This document shows positions 35,291 through 49,240 of a stretch of DNA of 64,000 nt, piece by piece. A program made the position numbers and the translations under genes. The stretch lies in assembly GCA_030141605.1 (NCBI GenBank), contig JAQGDQ010000130.1, forward strand, positions 453,974 to 517,973, given 5' to 3'. Position 1 is the stretch's first letter. The number at the start of each line of letters is the position of its first letter. The notes below the pieces were generated by a model. That model was not told the DNA's origin. It saw only the letters and a list, made by a program, of their open reading frames with translations, and did no database searches. The stretch comes from Tubiluchus corallicola (Eukaryota; Animalia; Priapulida).

Positions 35291-38200
35291 GAAATGCCAT
35301 TTATTTTCACCGCTCACACTGTGATGGTTCGATCCATTACGAGACTATTGGATACCAGATATAAAACCGCCAGTATGGAATGACCACGTCTGTTGAGTGG
35401 GTAAAGGGACTAGTGTTTTTAACATTTTAGCACTTGTTCCGTTACTGTCAATCAGCATATAGAACACGTTCCTGGCAAGTGTCTGTGTAAATTCGTCTTT
35501 CGAGTTCAGTGCGTATTAGCACCATCGGTACAATATCTTAAAACTCAAAAATGTGCACAATGTGTGAAAAATATTATTTTTTGGGTATGCATGTGATTAT
35601 GGTGCTCGTGCAATGAGTGTTAAAATTCACGTGATGTTAATGAAAAGATTTGATTCCTGTTCTTAGTACGGCGAATTTACATCGCACACAAGACAGCAAT
35701 TGTGGATGTAGATCATTACTGTAATTTTGTATTTATGTAAGTTTGTGTGATTTTTTGCATTAGTTTTTGTTTTATATTGTTTTGTGTTGTATATACGTAA
35801 GTATAAACTGAAGTTCAAAATAATGAATTAAATCAAATAAATAAATCAAGTGTGACCTCATGTTCTGATTCCGGAAATTTTGGTTTTAGTTTGCATCCTT
35901 TTTTTATCTAGATCACGGTTATTGTGATAATGCGTAAGGTTCGCAAGGATTACCCAAATGAATTGCATGGCGCAAAAATAATGCGTATGTATGTGCGCGA
36001 ATAAATAAGATCTAGTAGGGTAGGGGTACGAATCAGACAATTTCGGGTAAAAATGCAACGACTAATTATAAAAACAATTTATTTATAGACTGTGTTTTCT
36101 ACATTGAATTAAGGTTTACTGGACATAATTTAATTGTTTAGTTTCTTTTTTTAAAGAATCTTCTGAAAACCCATAAAACAGGCTGAAGAGAAAAGGCTGC
36201 CCGATGGACACGAAACATCATTAATGAATGGAATAGGAAAATTAATTCCAAGGAATCACTGTATTAAGATAAGCGGTCATTGCTAGTTGGCATACTTCTT
36301 TAGGTTTCAGGGCTTAACTGGATTTATATGCTTTCCCAACAGCCAATATGTTAGTTGCCTGTTCCACTATGTTGCCATAAGACAAATAACGGTATAGCAC
36401 ACTTTTCCATGGTTGGCTAAAATGTAATTTGATATGTTTAAAGACCGAAATTAAGCAGCGCCGAGCTTGATCAGTGAATGCATTGATGTTCTCCAGTTTG
36501 AAACCGTACTGAGTTTAATTTCCTTTGCCGTACTACTAAAGATATTTTGATGAGCAAGGCATGTATCTAAACATGGCTAAGGCGCCTTGATATTTGCTAC
36601 AAAGCCATGCCGGGGGTCAGTAGTTACCACCGATCCATGATTTCTGTTATAAAATTGCGTGTAGCATAATTATAGAGCGACCTTGACCTTTGACCTCTAG
36701 ACAATAGCCATTTCCTGTCTGTTAAACATTTCTTGCATCGTTTAATGCAGACATTAAAGGTCGATTACAAAATTAGCTTAGTTTTGTCATAAATGTGTCA
36801 AATTTATCAAGGGTTTTCATACCATCTTTACACTGCATCTCACTCAAAGTTTAGTTTTTCAAGACCATTTGCTTATGGGGATCAGAAAACTAAATAATAA
36901 AGATAGCATAACAAATACCAAATATTGAAGACGCTTAAATAATCAGCATTTTAAGTTGAGCAATAATTTATTCAGCAATTCGTTTCCGGACTCAAAAATA
37001 TCGTTAAGCTATTATGTAATCAAGTTCAACAATTTAAGGTTAGAAGGTAGAAAGTGTTCTTCTAGACTAGTGTTCTTCAAGCAATGCAAGTTATCTCACC
37101 GCATCAGATTGTATAAGATATAATCAAATGTAATCTGAGTTTGGATTTGAAACAATGCCCTTAGATTTAGCCTACCTAGTGGTCAACTTCGAGCGATCAA
37201 AGCAGTTCATTAACGTTCTGGGTGATTTTCTAAGCAGTAATTTCAGTCTCAAATTAACTGTCATCTGTCAGCTAAGTGGACAGTCAAGTTGGCAAGCATT
37301 AATGAGAAGCTTGGTCTGAATGAATTTAAATGGTGTGACTATCATCCAATAAGTGGAAGCCATTGCCCACACGAGTGGCTATTTGTTCTGCATGAGAAGC
37401 TGACGCAAGTGGACGGACGACAAGCCTATACCGTCGGCTACAATTGCAGAGGATGGTGCAAATTATTAATAGTGTCACGGAACACTGCATGTTGGGCAGA
37501 TGGTCTTTAAAGTTTAAAGTTTATTTGCTTGGTGAGCATGACCTTCGTGGCAGTTTCTGCCGTGTAAACCTTACGGCAATCTCCGTTGTAGACAGTCGTC
37601 GAAGTCTAACATTCACATCTATCAATAATGAAGTACGGTTGTCACGCTCCAGTAATTCTGTTGTCATTGTTACCAGGGTGATGTCCCGCTTCAGTGCGTG
37701 TGTTGTTAGTGTTGCCAGGGTGATATCCCGCGTGTGGATACAGTGGCTTTTGACTTCTGTTATTTGCCGATGGTAGTAATAATTGCAGTGGTTAATGTCC
37801 CAGACGTTATTTTCAATGTGGCAAAATCAATATGTTGTTCAAATCCCTAGAAATCTTATATACGAAGAGCAATCTAGAAAAGGTACTTGCTGCTATGGGT
37901 CTATGGATAGTCTTCCATGAGTAAATCTAGCTTCTTTGAAAATGATTTATTTCAGGAGATGTGCAGAGTTTTGAAAATCCCAGCGTTCGGGAGCTTTACA
38001 CAACACAATTAAACATGATATCTCATACACAATAGTTTTGCGATTAAACAGCAGGGTTTTAGTAAAAATAATTAACGTTTTGTAATGTTTTCGTAATACA
38101 AGAAGAATTAATAATTAACAATGAATAGCTCATATTAACGTTACTATATCTATTGTAAATTCGTTAGAAACACAGCGTGGAAGAAACTATATTTGGTGTT

Positions 38201-38338
38201 TGGTTTTAAAACATTGCAACATGATACAAGTAAAACGCAAAGTTCGTTAACCTAAAGCAGTTAATGTTTCATAATGGAAGGAAGTATTTTAAAAGCTCAC
38301 TCTTTGTCAGCAAAAACCTAAAAAAGTTTCAATATTGT

Positions 38339-39444
38339 TTTACGCTAAAAGAAAAATTCAATTAAAATTCTTAGCCGTCGATGGAGTTTGCTGAAACCGA
38401 TGTACAGGGCATACGGAATGGCAAATTGTTAATGTGTTTCATGGTTTTCAAAGTTTCTTGTAGACTGTGAAAAACAGCCTGTGCTTTGCACAGTTTTTAC
38501 AGTAACAATTACAACCAAGTTGATGGAAACGTCTTCGCTTTTGCAAAATAATTCTGTGTCTGCTTGCTTTCGTATATCACAAGCTATCTTCTGTTAGCTT
38601 ACGCCATTTTCGGCCCTGTCCAGTCAAAGCACTGGTCCTCAACGATAATTGACCGATCTGTAAAATTGAATAACTGTTGGTTTATTATAACAACGTTTTG
38701 TACATATAGTCCATGAAACAGCAGGCAAGCCTATTGAAAGCTGTCTAGACTGTTGATAAAGCATAAAAAATAATAGTAAAATTACAGTTATAACATTTGT
38801 CTCAGTGTACAAGATTAATATAAATCTTTGGTAAACTACGTAAATTAAAATATATGTGCCAATTTGCAAACAGAGTTAGTGCAAATAGTTACAATAAATT
38901 TATGTAGTTTACCAGATTTATATTAATGCTTGTACACTTTGGACAAATGTTACTAATTTTACTATTATTTTTTATTATCAGACAGCTTCATGGAGCTATA
39001 TATCGCAAAACGTTGTTATAAACCAACAGTTATTCAATTTTACAGTCGGTCGAATTATCGTTGGAGACAGGAGCAAAGCTAGCAGAAGATATACGAAACG
39101 AACACAAATACATTTTGCAAAAGCTAGCGTTTATCAACTTTGGTTGTATTACCAATATATTGCAAAGCGGAAGACCACGGTGCTTTTTTGAAAACCATGA
39201 AACGCATTAACAATTTGCCATTCCGTACCCTTTCTTGCGTCGGTTTCAGCAAACTCCATCGCGCAATAAATAGAAATTTTAATTGAATTTAGCGTAAAGC
39301 ATAAAAAATAATAGTAAAATTACAGTTATAACATTTGTCTCAGTGTACAAGATTAATATAAATCTTTGGTAAACTACGTAAATTAAAATATATGTGCCAA
39401 TTTGCAAACAGAGTTAGTGCAAATAGTTACAATAAATTTATGTA
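38339..39444. repeat. Inverted duplication plus exact 150-bp direct duplication
   Basis: 38904-39298 is an indel-rich reverse complement of 38339-38839; 39295-39444 is identical to 38757-38906. Confidence 0.9.
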
Positions 39445-40214
39445 CAATATTAACAATCTTAGTAATCACTAAACCGCCGCTTCTTTCAATAAATTTAATT
39501 ACGTTACGTACCAGAATAATATTTTCATCTTCAACAAGGCTGTTACTCCAGTAACTTTGCTTTTCTTATAAGAAGCTTTTTCAGTGGTACTGAATATAAT
39601 GAACCTATTTTTATTACATCTCATCAGTCTGTCTCTTAGTAATAATTAAACCTTCGTGGTGTACATCCTCTATCTTCGTGCTTCTTGTCCTTTCTCTTCC
39701 GTGCTCATACACTTTGTTAGCCTAATCAATAATGCCTTCACATACACACGGCTAGAACTAATCACAATGGAAATGTCTAACTAACAGCTCAGACAAAACA
39801 CACAATGTTCTGGACTGTAAATCCTGCAGCCTCTACTGTAACTTGGCGAAACCTAATACTCTAGACAGGAGAAAGCACTATAATTCTGTGAGGATTTCTG
39901 TGGAGGATTGTAGATGCAATGCTTTTCCTCAGCCGTGTGTCATCAATTCTGCATTGTGATTTCTTCTCGCTACCTCTAATCCTACCAGAGGTTTTAGACA
40001 GGGACCGATACTTATAGGTGTGGATTTTTCTTTCAATGGTTGTGTAAGGGTTCACCTCTCATACAGTTCAATTTCAGCACCAAATGATTACAAACATTTC
40101 ATTGGTATGACATTTCGTTCTCTTCTCGTAAATTCCTTCGATGGGTGTCCGTCAGTGGAGCTTGGAAATTATCGCTGTTACGTTGATATATAAAACGTGC
40201 CTTGTTATTGACTC

Positions 40215-40232
40215 TAAGTAAGTAAGCAAATA

Positions 40233-40330
<98 letters not shown>

Positions 40331-40331
40331 C
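40215..40331. repeat. (TAAG)n microsatellite
   Basis: Direct reading; explains the LLTY-repeat ORFs. Confidence 0.95.
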
Positions 40332-41619
40332 AAGCAAATAAACAAGAACAAAGCAAAACAAGCAACAATGACATCTTTATTTGCCATAATAATATCGAGA
40401 ATCATAACAAAATATTAAGATACTCTATAAGTGAAAGTTAAATAACATACACTGTTGGAGTCAATGCGTCAGTGCAAAATCTCAACTGCAGGTGCAGAAA
40501 TAAAATATAACTTTAAACTTTAACTTATTTCACATATTTTACATATTTACAAACCGACTATAGCAAAATTAAGTTGTTAATATGGCCTGGGTTAAATGAA
40601 TTATGCTTTAGTGTGCAAGTTGTCATGTTGATAATATGGATATTCAAATCTTGACATCATTAATGCTTTTAATTTGGTTATGAAGCGGTTAGTAGTTTAA
40701 TAGGTTGGATTTCGAATGGCAGGGAATTCCATTGACTGCTTGACGACTTGTACGGAGCAAATACTTTAAAATAAAACTTCTGCACTCTAAAATCACTGCG
40801 AGTAGACATAGACATAGACATGGACGTTTATTTTCTCCAATAATGTTACAAATATTCCATTTTACAAAATACTTTTTTTATCCAAGGAGATGGCGTCAGG
40901 AAAGTCCGTAGGTTATCTGGTCACCCACCTCTTATAAATTAATATTGTAATATTAGCAACAAAATTGTGATGAACACTGGCAGCCACTTTTGTTAATGTA
41001 TATAAATTGAATGATCAAAATAAACCAATAAACAAAAGAAAAATATAAGCAAATATAACAAATAGTAATATAATAAACATTCCTGCAATTAATGACAATG
41101 TGAAAATGGCCGAAATGCGAATGGTTGCATTACAATGATGGCGTAAGTGGGGAAAAATATTTAATAAATAAATGCAGATAGTGAATAAGTATCATAATAA
41201 ATAGTTAATTACGAAATTGGAGATTAAACAAGGAAAGTATTTCAGGAGTTTCTGATTAAATAAATTAAATTTTAGATCAATCTTATATAAACATGGCAGC
41301 TTAACTTGTCATATCAGTCATTCAGTATAATGAATAGATTCAGATTGTAGGCTGGAGTTTCATGGTTTTCATCTATTGCACCATTCAGATACGTACCGTA
41401 AGTGCTGCTAGAGCAGCGTCCATTAATTATCCTTAATTGCGAGAGTTGGTCATTTGACATTGATGATGGCTTAGTGAAGAATTTGAGAAATTCTATTCTG
41501 GGAACTTTTAGATGGCAGCGTGACACGCTACGTCTGCCTAATCATTCTGTCACTAGCGCCTGCATAATAGAAATGCTCTGCGCAAAAAATTGGCGCTGTA
41601 CCTCCCAGTTTACTTGTGA

Positions 41620-41992
41620 TGTTGTGCACACGTTTGAGAGCTCAGTAAACACGTTTGAGAGCGTGAACACAGCAGTAAACTTGAGATTTAAATTTAAATT
41701 TAAACCTCAAATTAGTCGAATTTTTCAGTATCACACTGTATGTTGTACAATAGCACTGTACTTCAATTTTCACTTTTGTAAACACATGCAACACGCTCAT
41801 GGAATGTTTGTGCTGTTGACAATTATATACAGCTGAGACGTCATCATTAACTGGGCTTCTCGTCATTAACTAAGTCTTCAACCTATTATTTAATTTTCAG
41901 AAACACTTTGGCATTACTATAGGTGTTAAAATGCATCCTTTTTTTACCGTACTTCAAAATGGGGCAGGATAAAATCTTTCTGTTTTCTTTAA
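41620..41992. mobile_element. Interspersed repeat, probably the end of a Kolobok-like element
   Basis: Diverged reverse complement of 46758-47110; ends ...TTTCT-TTAA. Confidence 0.55.
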
Positions 41993-43638
41993 TTAAGCTG
42001 GTTATTATTTACAATAGCCACTTTCAAACAAAATTGTAGATCGTAGTTGTCATCATCGTAGTCGTCATTGTTGTTATTTCTCGTCCTGTTGCTGTTGTTG
42101 TTGTTGTTACTGTTTATGTATAATGCTGTAAAATTTGGAAACATTTTAAAACTACCTGTTTAATGCAACTGCTAGTAGTTTTTTTTTAATTTTCGGATTC
42201 AAGAGTTTCGACGAGTTTTAAAAATGAATATTACTCAGATACTACTGATGGCATCCAATGAAATATCTGTGGTAATTAAGCACAGTTACATTTTGATCCA
42301 CGTGAAATTGAATAAGCATGTAGTTAATCAGTTGCAGCAGATTTAGAGCCTTTGCCTTCGAATTCTGACTGAATGTAATACTAATACGAAGTTGGAAATA
42401 TTAATATTGCGTATTTTTATTGATTTTTGTAGAACAACAACGAAAAGGCGTAGCCTCATTATCAATGTATTGGTCGTTTCTTTACTGTAAATTTCCGTAT
42501 TTGCAGCCACGTGAAAATGCTGCCATTAAAATTGTCAACAAGTCTGGACGGCCTTATTCAAGGGTACAGAGATGTTGATTCTTCCGATTTGCTGGCTTCA
42601 TTTGATTAATGGATGGCAGTGGCGTTGACATCGCATCAATTTACTTTCTTGGCCCTTGCTGACCTTAATTACGTATTAGACGCAGCATTGAGTAACAGCC
42701 CGCGAATAATTGGATAACTCGAGTCTGGGATGAACAGAGACAATTACTTAGAAAGCATTTAAGCTTTGCTTGCTGGCATGCGTGCATGAATTCCTCAACA
42801 CTCTTTGCACAATCTTACTGTCTGCAAGTCTGAAACTTAAAGACCAACAAAATTACACTATATTTCCGTCCTCATTGTGAACTACTTTCGGTTGAAAAAA
42901 GAAGAAAAGCGCAAACAAAAGCTAATTACTATTTTTTGAGTAAAAAAATAACACATTCAATTGTAGAGAAAAGAATCGAATCACTACAGAGCAGAAAGCC
43001 AACAGTAGAAAAAAAATCTAGAAAAGAATGATTATGAAAAGCGCAAATCATAACAATAGCAAATGCCCAAAATGTCACAACAGCACTGTGTAACGAACAT
43101 TAGGACACAACCGAGAATATTGTGCTTTTTTTGTTTATTGGCATGTCACAAGAATTTTACTATCAAAATTTACTTCACAAACTTGTTAACTCAGCTGACA
43201 AGTGGCTTTGTCGCTGAGTCCTTAATTTGTTTTTGAAGGTACTAACATTTGGGGCAGTAATTACATCTTCTGGCAAGACGTTGCAGCGGAGAAAATCTCT
43301 TCCGGTGGAAAAGCGGCCTCTTATGTTAGTACGATAGAAATCCTGGATAGTTTAATCAAATGTCCACGCAAATCATAGCGGCGGTGTGTCAGGACGAAGA
43401 TGGTCAACACAAGACGGTCAATCCGTTCAAAATTTTGACACAATGTATGCAGTTTACAGTTTCACCCCTCCGATACGGCGGGGAGACTTCGTAACGCCTC
43501 TGAATTTGCTGTAGCTGGTTAACTACATGCTTATGCAATTTCATGTGATACAAAATCATATTTTGTGACCACTTCCTGTTTTTTTACTAAGTGCAAAATA
43601 GTCCTCAGCGAAAATTCAGATTATCTTAACGAAAAACG

Positions 43639-43668
<30 letters not shown>

Positions 43669-43674
<6 letters not shown>

Positions 43675-43813
43675 TTTTAACACCGAGGATTGTCATTTTA
43701 TTGAAATCCATTTTATGGCATATAATATATATATATATATGTGTGATATACTTTTTTATTTTGCGATAAAATGCATTTCAATAAAATGACAATCCTCAGT
43801 GTTAAAAATATGT
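43669..43813. mobile_element. Small hairpin MITE next to (TA)n
   Basis: ~48-bp TIRs ACATATTTTTAACACCGAGGATTGTCATTTTATTGAAAT... / ...ATTTCAATAAAATGACAATCCTCAGTGTTAAAAATATGT with ~2 mismatches. Confidence 0.75.
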
Positions 43814-45463
43814 TCACATATTAAAACACTGCTAAAGGCAAATGCGTACGGTGCAAAACTGTGAACTACTAATGCATAAAACTAAAACAAAAGTAATGAC
43901 TCAGTACACTCGTTCACATACATATTTACAATACATAATACAATAATGTTTACAAGTTACATACTACAATGCATAGGCAATAGTTACGTAATACAATACG
44001 TATGGGTAATACAGTACATATTACATAGGCTTGTATAATATACACAAGTGAACACACCTGAAGAAATCTTAGCACAAAGATGGAAATGCATGGTCTAGAG
44101 TTTTGTAATGTTTTCAGTCGCCATGCAGTGAAACTGCATATGAAAAATAAAATACACCATCATTACGTAGGTTCAGTTTATTCATTAAACACATAGTCGT
44201 TTACAACTAATGTTTATAGCTATTAGTGTATAGGTATTGTGTAGGTCTTAATTTATTTCAAAAACACCAGTGTCTATTAATGAATGAATAAATTTAATGG
44301 TCTTGTCTTTTTATTCAAGCGCATGGCTGATTAATATACTCGTTAAAATTTTATATAAGCTTCTACAATTCATTTCAGTGCAGGTTTGTTTCAGTCTCTA
44401 TGGTTTCCCCGAGATCAAAGCAGAACCGGACTTGACTAACTCGGAAGCTTCATCATCATAGACACTAATCTCACTCCATTACTCACGTTCGTTTCCTGGT
44501 GGCTGGCTTCTGAAATCACTAACATGTTGGTGGCTGGCTTCCTGAAACCACTAACATGCGGTAATTGATTGCGACCTGCGCTTGATTGGTGTGAAGTTTC
44601 TAATTTGTCTGTACGGTTCGAGATGCTTCTAGGAAAAGGTGAATCAGCGGAAGAATTTTCAGCAGCTTCTTTCTTTGAATGAGAGCATAGGACTTCAAGA
44701 GTACTGACATTTTGTATTAGTTTGTGACTGCCTTATATATTGCTGCAGTAGTAAGTATCTATCAACTGCGGATTTATAACCTTGAGGTGATCAACCTGAG
44801 TAGTTCGGAACCGGCGCAAACCGGTATTACTGGCAAACGCACAAAAACTTGTAAAATTTCTTTAAATTAGCCAAATTTGTCTAGTAACATTAAGTAACAT
44901 TAATATTAGGCAATTTTTTTATATTTTATTATTTAGTCTATTAAACATGATGTTGAAAGTTAAATGCGGATGCAAGAAGCTGCAATATTGGCATCTTAAT
45001 TTTGGTTTTACTTTTAAGAAAGGAACGTGTCCCGAAACGCTAGAAATTTCGTAAAGAAACCATTTTTACTGGTTTTCATCTTGCTAATATGTTATCCCAC
45101 TCCCATAATGTACGACTTGTATCATTTTTCCATGGAAATGTCAGCTGTCCTCACAATATACTGAGAAGCGTAACAACATAAGTTCCACAGTCACGCATCA
45201 TACATTAAACAAAGTGCGCCGTTCATCATTCGTTTCTGCATTTTCTGCAAATTTTCACATCTTGATTTATTCGTGTTGCGTAGGAAAACAGGTCACGCAC
45301 TGGATGTCAGAGTTTTGATGGAACATACTACCTTTTGTTTGTTTGTTTGAGTGTTTTTATTTTGCCTACTTTAACTTAACCATATTCTTTCAGCCATGTT
45401 GCTTTTTTCACAAGAGAATTTCTATTCATATAGTTTTAACTTCACTTGCCTATCTGTTTGTTC

Positions 45464-45531
<68 letters not shown>

Positions 45532-45687
45532 TCTCTCTGTTTCATTTCTCGTTTCTTTTGTTTTTTCAAGCCTATCCTCTTTCTATTTATTTTCTCTTTC
45601 TCTCTTTTTCTCTCCATCTCTTCCACGTTCTCTTTACTCTGACAGTGTTTCTCCCCATCTCTCTGTCTGTTGCTCGCTCATTTCCCG

Positions 45688-45733
<46 letters not shown>

Positions 45734-45830
45734 GTCTCTTTCTCACTCACTCTCACTTTCTATCTCTTGCACGCACCTTCTCTCTTTTTTCATCTTTGAT
45801 CTTTTCATAATTTTCTCTTTTTGTCCGCCG
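45464..45830. repeat. (CT)n microsatellites and polypyrimidine low-complexity tract
   Basis: (CT)n at ~45464-45529 and ~45689-45731; explains the SL-repeat ORFs. Confidence 0.95.
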
Positions 45831-46757
45831 GTTCGTGTAAACGCGTACCTGACCTATTTGTCTTCTCCTTTCTTTATCACTCTTTCACTCGGTTCTGTTT
45901 TGTGTCAGTTTCACTCTTTTAATTCGTTTAGCTGTTTTTATTTGTTTGACTTTGTTCTTGATTAAAATTTATGCATTACGCGCTAATACACTCATTGGTG
46001 TGCACACAATAGAGACCTTTAATTTCCTTTTATTACAGCGATACAAAATTTACTTAATAATAATATGCCTATAGAAGCGACATGGGGCACTGCAGTTGCG
46101 TTTGTCATTTAACAGTAATTGCTCTCACGTGAACACAACAATTAAACTCGTAAAATGCAATTATGGTTTTCATGTCTGCCTAGATGATAAAAGGACAATT
46201 TTAAGTGGAATTGAGCAAAAATTTTCTCAATGCAAACGCCTATAAAACGCTTGCAGTGTTTGCGTGAAGTACCACTAACTGATTCTAATTTATAACCATT
46301 AATTTTAAATTCCTCTGGGGCTATTTGAACACATAATGCATGAAGGGAGCACAAAGCGCATGCGTGATAATGATGATTCATGCTGTCGCGTTTGAGAATA
46401 TCTGTGAAAATTAGAAATCCTTTGTGGCGTAAAGTAGCTCGAGGATTGAATTTTTTAAGATAAACATAATTTATTCTGAGAGGAGATTTGCGAAATGTCG
46501 AATGAATATTCTGCTTTGTTCACGCTCATCGGAGTCAATAAGCAGCTGCTGTAAATCTCGCAGATGATTTTCATTATTAATGTTATAAAAACCTTTTAAT
46601 TTAAGCCTAACAATCGCTGGTATGTATTCCTCATATTTCCATGTGCCAAGATTATATCTGCTGTTATTACGTCAACCCATAGTGTGTAACGACATGTGAA
46701 TCACGTGATACTCTGCAGTCTCCACTCCTCTGACCACTCTTTAACTGGTTAGCCTTC

Positions 46758-47110
46758 TTAAAAGGAAAACGGATTAATTTTTCATGTCGTACCCAATTTT
46801 GATTTAAGGCAAAAAGTATATATTTAACACCTGTAATAGTGCCCCGGGCATCTCTGATAATTAAAGAACAGGTTTAAAATTTAATTAATGGCAGGCAAGC
46901 CTAACTAGTGATATCACAACTGAATATAGTTTTCCGCTGTACACACATTCCACGAGCGTGTTGTACGTGTTTGCGAAAGCGAAAATTGAAGTACACTGTT
47001 ACTTTACAACATTCAGAGTGATAAACAGAAACTCGACAAATTTTAAGTTTAAATTTCAAATTTAAAGTTTACCGTTGTGCTCACGCATGAGCTCTCGAAC
47101 GTGAGCACTA
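46758..47110. mobile_element. Second, inverted copy of the 41620-41992 repeat
   Basis: Starts TTAA-AAGGAAAAC; shared blocks such as AAAATTGAAGTACA and GAGCTCTC.AACGTG. Confidence 0.55.
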
Positions 47111-48749
47111 CGTGAAATTAGGATTGCACGGTATTAATTCTTTCAGCTAAGTTATTCTTGATAAAATAACATGTTCCCTTTCAATATATTATTTGATAAT
47201 TGTTTTGAGCTATAGTTTAAGATTGGGTCTGAGTTTTCTTCAACTTTGACTGAAGTCTTTCATCTTTCTGTGGCCATCAACTCAGGCAAAATTGTTAATG
47301 ACTAACCACACAAGGATGAATAATGTTGAAAAAACCCTTGCATGCACAAGAATGGTGACATTATTACCATAAATGAAATAAGTTTACTGCACACGTCAGT
47401 CATTCAATGAAGCCAACAGTAATAGACAGCAAGCTAGAATGTTGTGAAGCAATGATTTAATTCAATTTAAATTAATTTGTTAACACTCAGTTAAAATATA
47501 CAGAAAGCGTACAAACATATAACAATACAACACTATACACTACAACACAAAAAATATTACGTTAAGAATAAATGAAATTATTGAGTGTTAGGGAGGCAAA
47601 GAGAAAAACTGCTTACTTGAGCCTTTTATATTTAAGGAAATTATCAAGATCAATTAAACACAAAATTTAGCGGAATAGTTTAAAATTTGCTGCTTCACAA
47701 GCGGAGAACCACTCATAGAATTTGGAAGTGAATTCCATAATACGAAAAATCCGGTTTGAAAAAATTGTCCAAATTGCTTTTTATTTGTACAAAATGTTTC
47801 AGCGAATGGTTACTCTGCATCCGGTTTAGTCCAAACGCTGGAGGCTGCATAACTGCTAAGCTGTGGAAATGACATGTGATATCTCTACAACAGTAACAGT
47901 TTCAAGAAGAACACCTTTTTAGAACTGTAGAAAAGCGTGGCCATAATTGTGATTTTTAAAACTTGTGTTAAGCGCAAACCTCCACAACAGTACGCTGATA
48001 GTACAGGTGCTTCAAAGCCTCTTTAGGGCTTCAAAAGACTTTTGAAGGGTATATTTATAGCACGTCATACAGTAGCGCAAAGAGGAAGAACCAGGAAATG
48101 AAACTAATAGGAAATATCGACGTCTCCTGGGTGATGGAGTCTCTGATTGCGTGCTGTCCAGAAATGGTGCGTTTGATGTGGAATCAGCTCAAATCCCAGC
48201 AGTTTTGACAGAAAAGCGCGCTGAAGCCTGACAAGAGAGGAAGTCTTGCAATGGCTTCATTGCTAACGTGCACCATTAGAGCTTAGAGAAAGAAAGTAAT
48301 CTTTTCTTGATGCATGTTTTACAGTTGCCAAGTTATGTATAAGTCAATGCTTCTAAACTCTCAATTAAGCTGTTATTACTTATCACAGACGTTTATGGTA
48401 TTGGCTTAGAGGAATATCACCAATACATTATTCAGCCCAGTTAATCAGAAAGGCTTTGATTAACATTAGGATATTTAGGGACTTATATGTTTTGTAGATA
48501 CTAAAATAAAGTTTGACCAAGTTAGCCACTTATTCAATTGGTTGTCGAACGGCCAGTCAATGAACCAGTCAGCCAATTATTTAATGGCTATTCAGTTGGA
48601 CAACCAGTCAATTATTAATTTTTTAATCAATTGATTGGATATTTAGTTAATACATTAGTAATTCCGTCACATAGTCAGGCAGCGAGTCTAACATGGAGTC
48701 CAGTCAGTTCCCCAAATTTCCATCCGAACTAAAATAAAATATAAAACAA

Positions 48750-49240
48750 AGAAAACTACAGAGAAATCAATATCTTGTCCGTGTCATCAAGACAATTTGA
48801 AAGAATAATATCAGATCAACTTAATAAGCATTTTAAAAACTTATTTAACCCATATCTGTCTCCCTTTCAGCTAGGTAATGGCTATCAGAGTGTTTTAATA
48901 ACTTTGACAAGAGAATAGAAAATATCTTGTTGAAAACAAATACGTTGGTGCTATTTTTAATGGATCTGTCTAAGGAATTCGACTGCCTTCCGTATAAGCT
49001 CTTGATTGAAAAACTCAACTCAAAGCGTACAAGTTAGGTGAAAGTGCTGTGAATTTGATTTACGGAAAACAGTGTGTAAAATGACTTTTAATGCTGTTCT
49101 TAAATGTGTGCATCAAGGCTGTATTATTGGACCCTTTCTTTTTTAATACGTATTTTTTGGTTTGTGGAAAAAACCAAGTGCTTTAATTATGCAGACGACA
49201 ATCATTCCTTTTACATGGATTTAGTACACATTCTTGAGAC
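48750..49240 (+). mobile_element. Degenerate LINE reverse transcriptase core (CR1/L2 group)
   Basis: ENYREINIL..SRQFERII, MDLSKEFDCLP..LLIEKL, VHQGCIIGPFLF, YADD; stops and frameshifts. Confidence 0.88.

Noticed and set aside
40099-40405. LLTY-repeat ORFs
   Set aside because: Translation of the (TAAG)n microsatellite.
45343-45965. SL-repeat hydrophobic ORFs
   Set aside because: Translation of (CT)n and polypyrimidine tracts.
41620-47110. One 5.5-kb transposon bounded by long inverted repeats
   Set aside because: The TTAA-bounded termini lie at the inner ends (41992 and 46758), so these look like two independent, oppositely oriented and diverged copies; no transposase lies between them.
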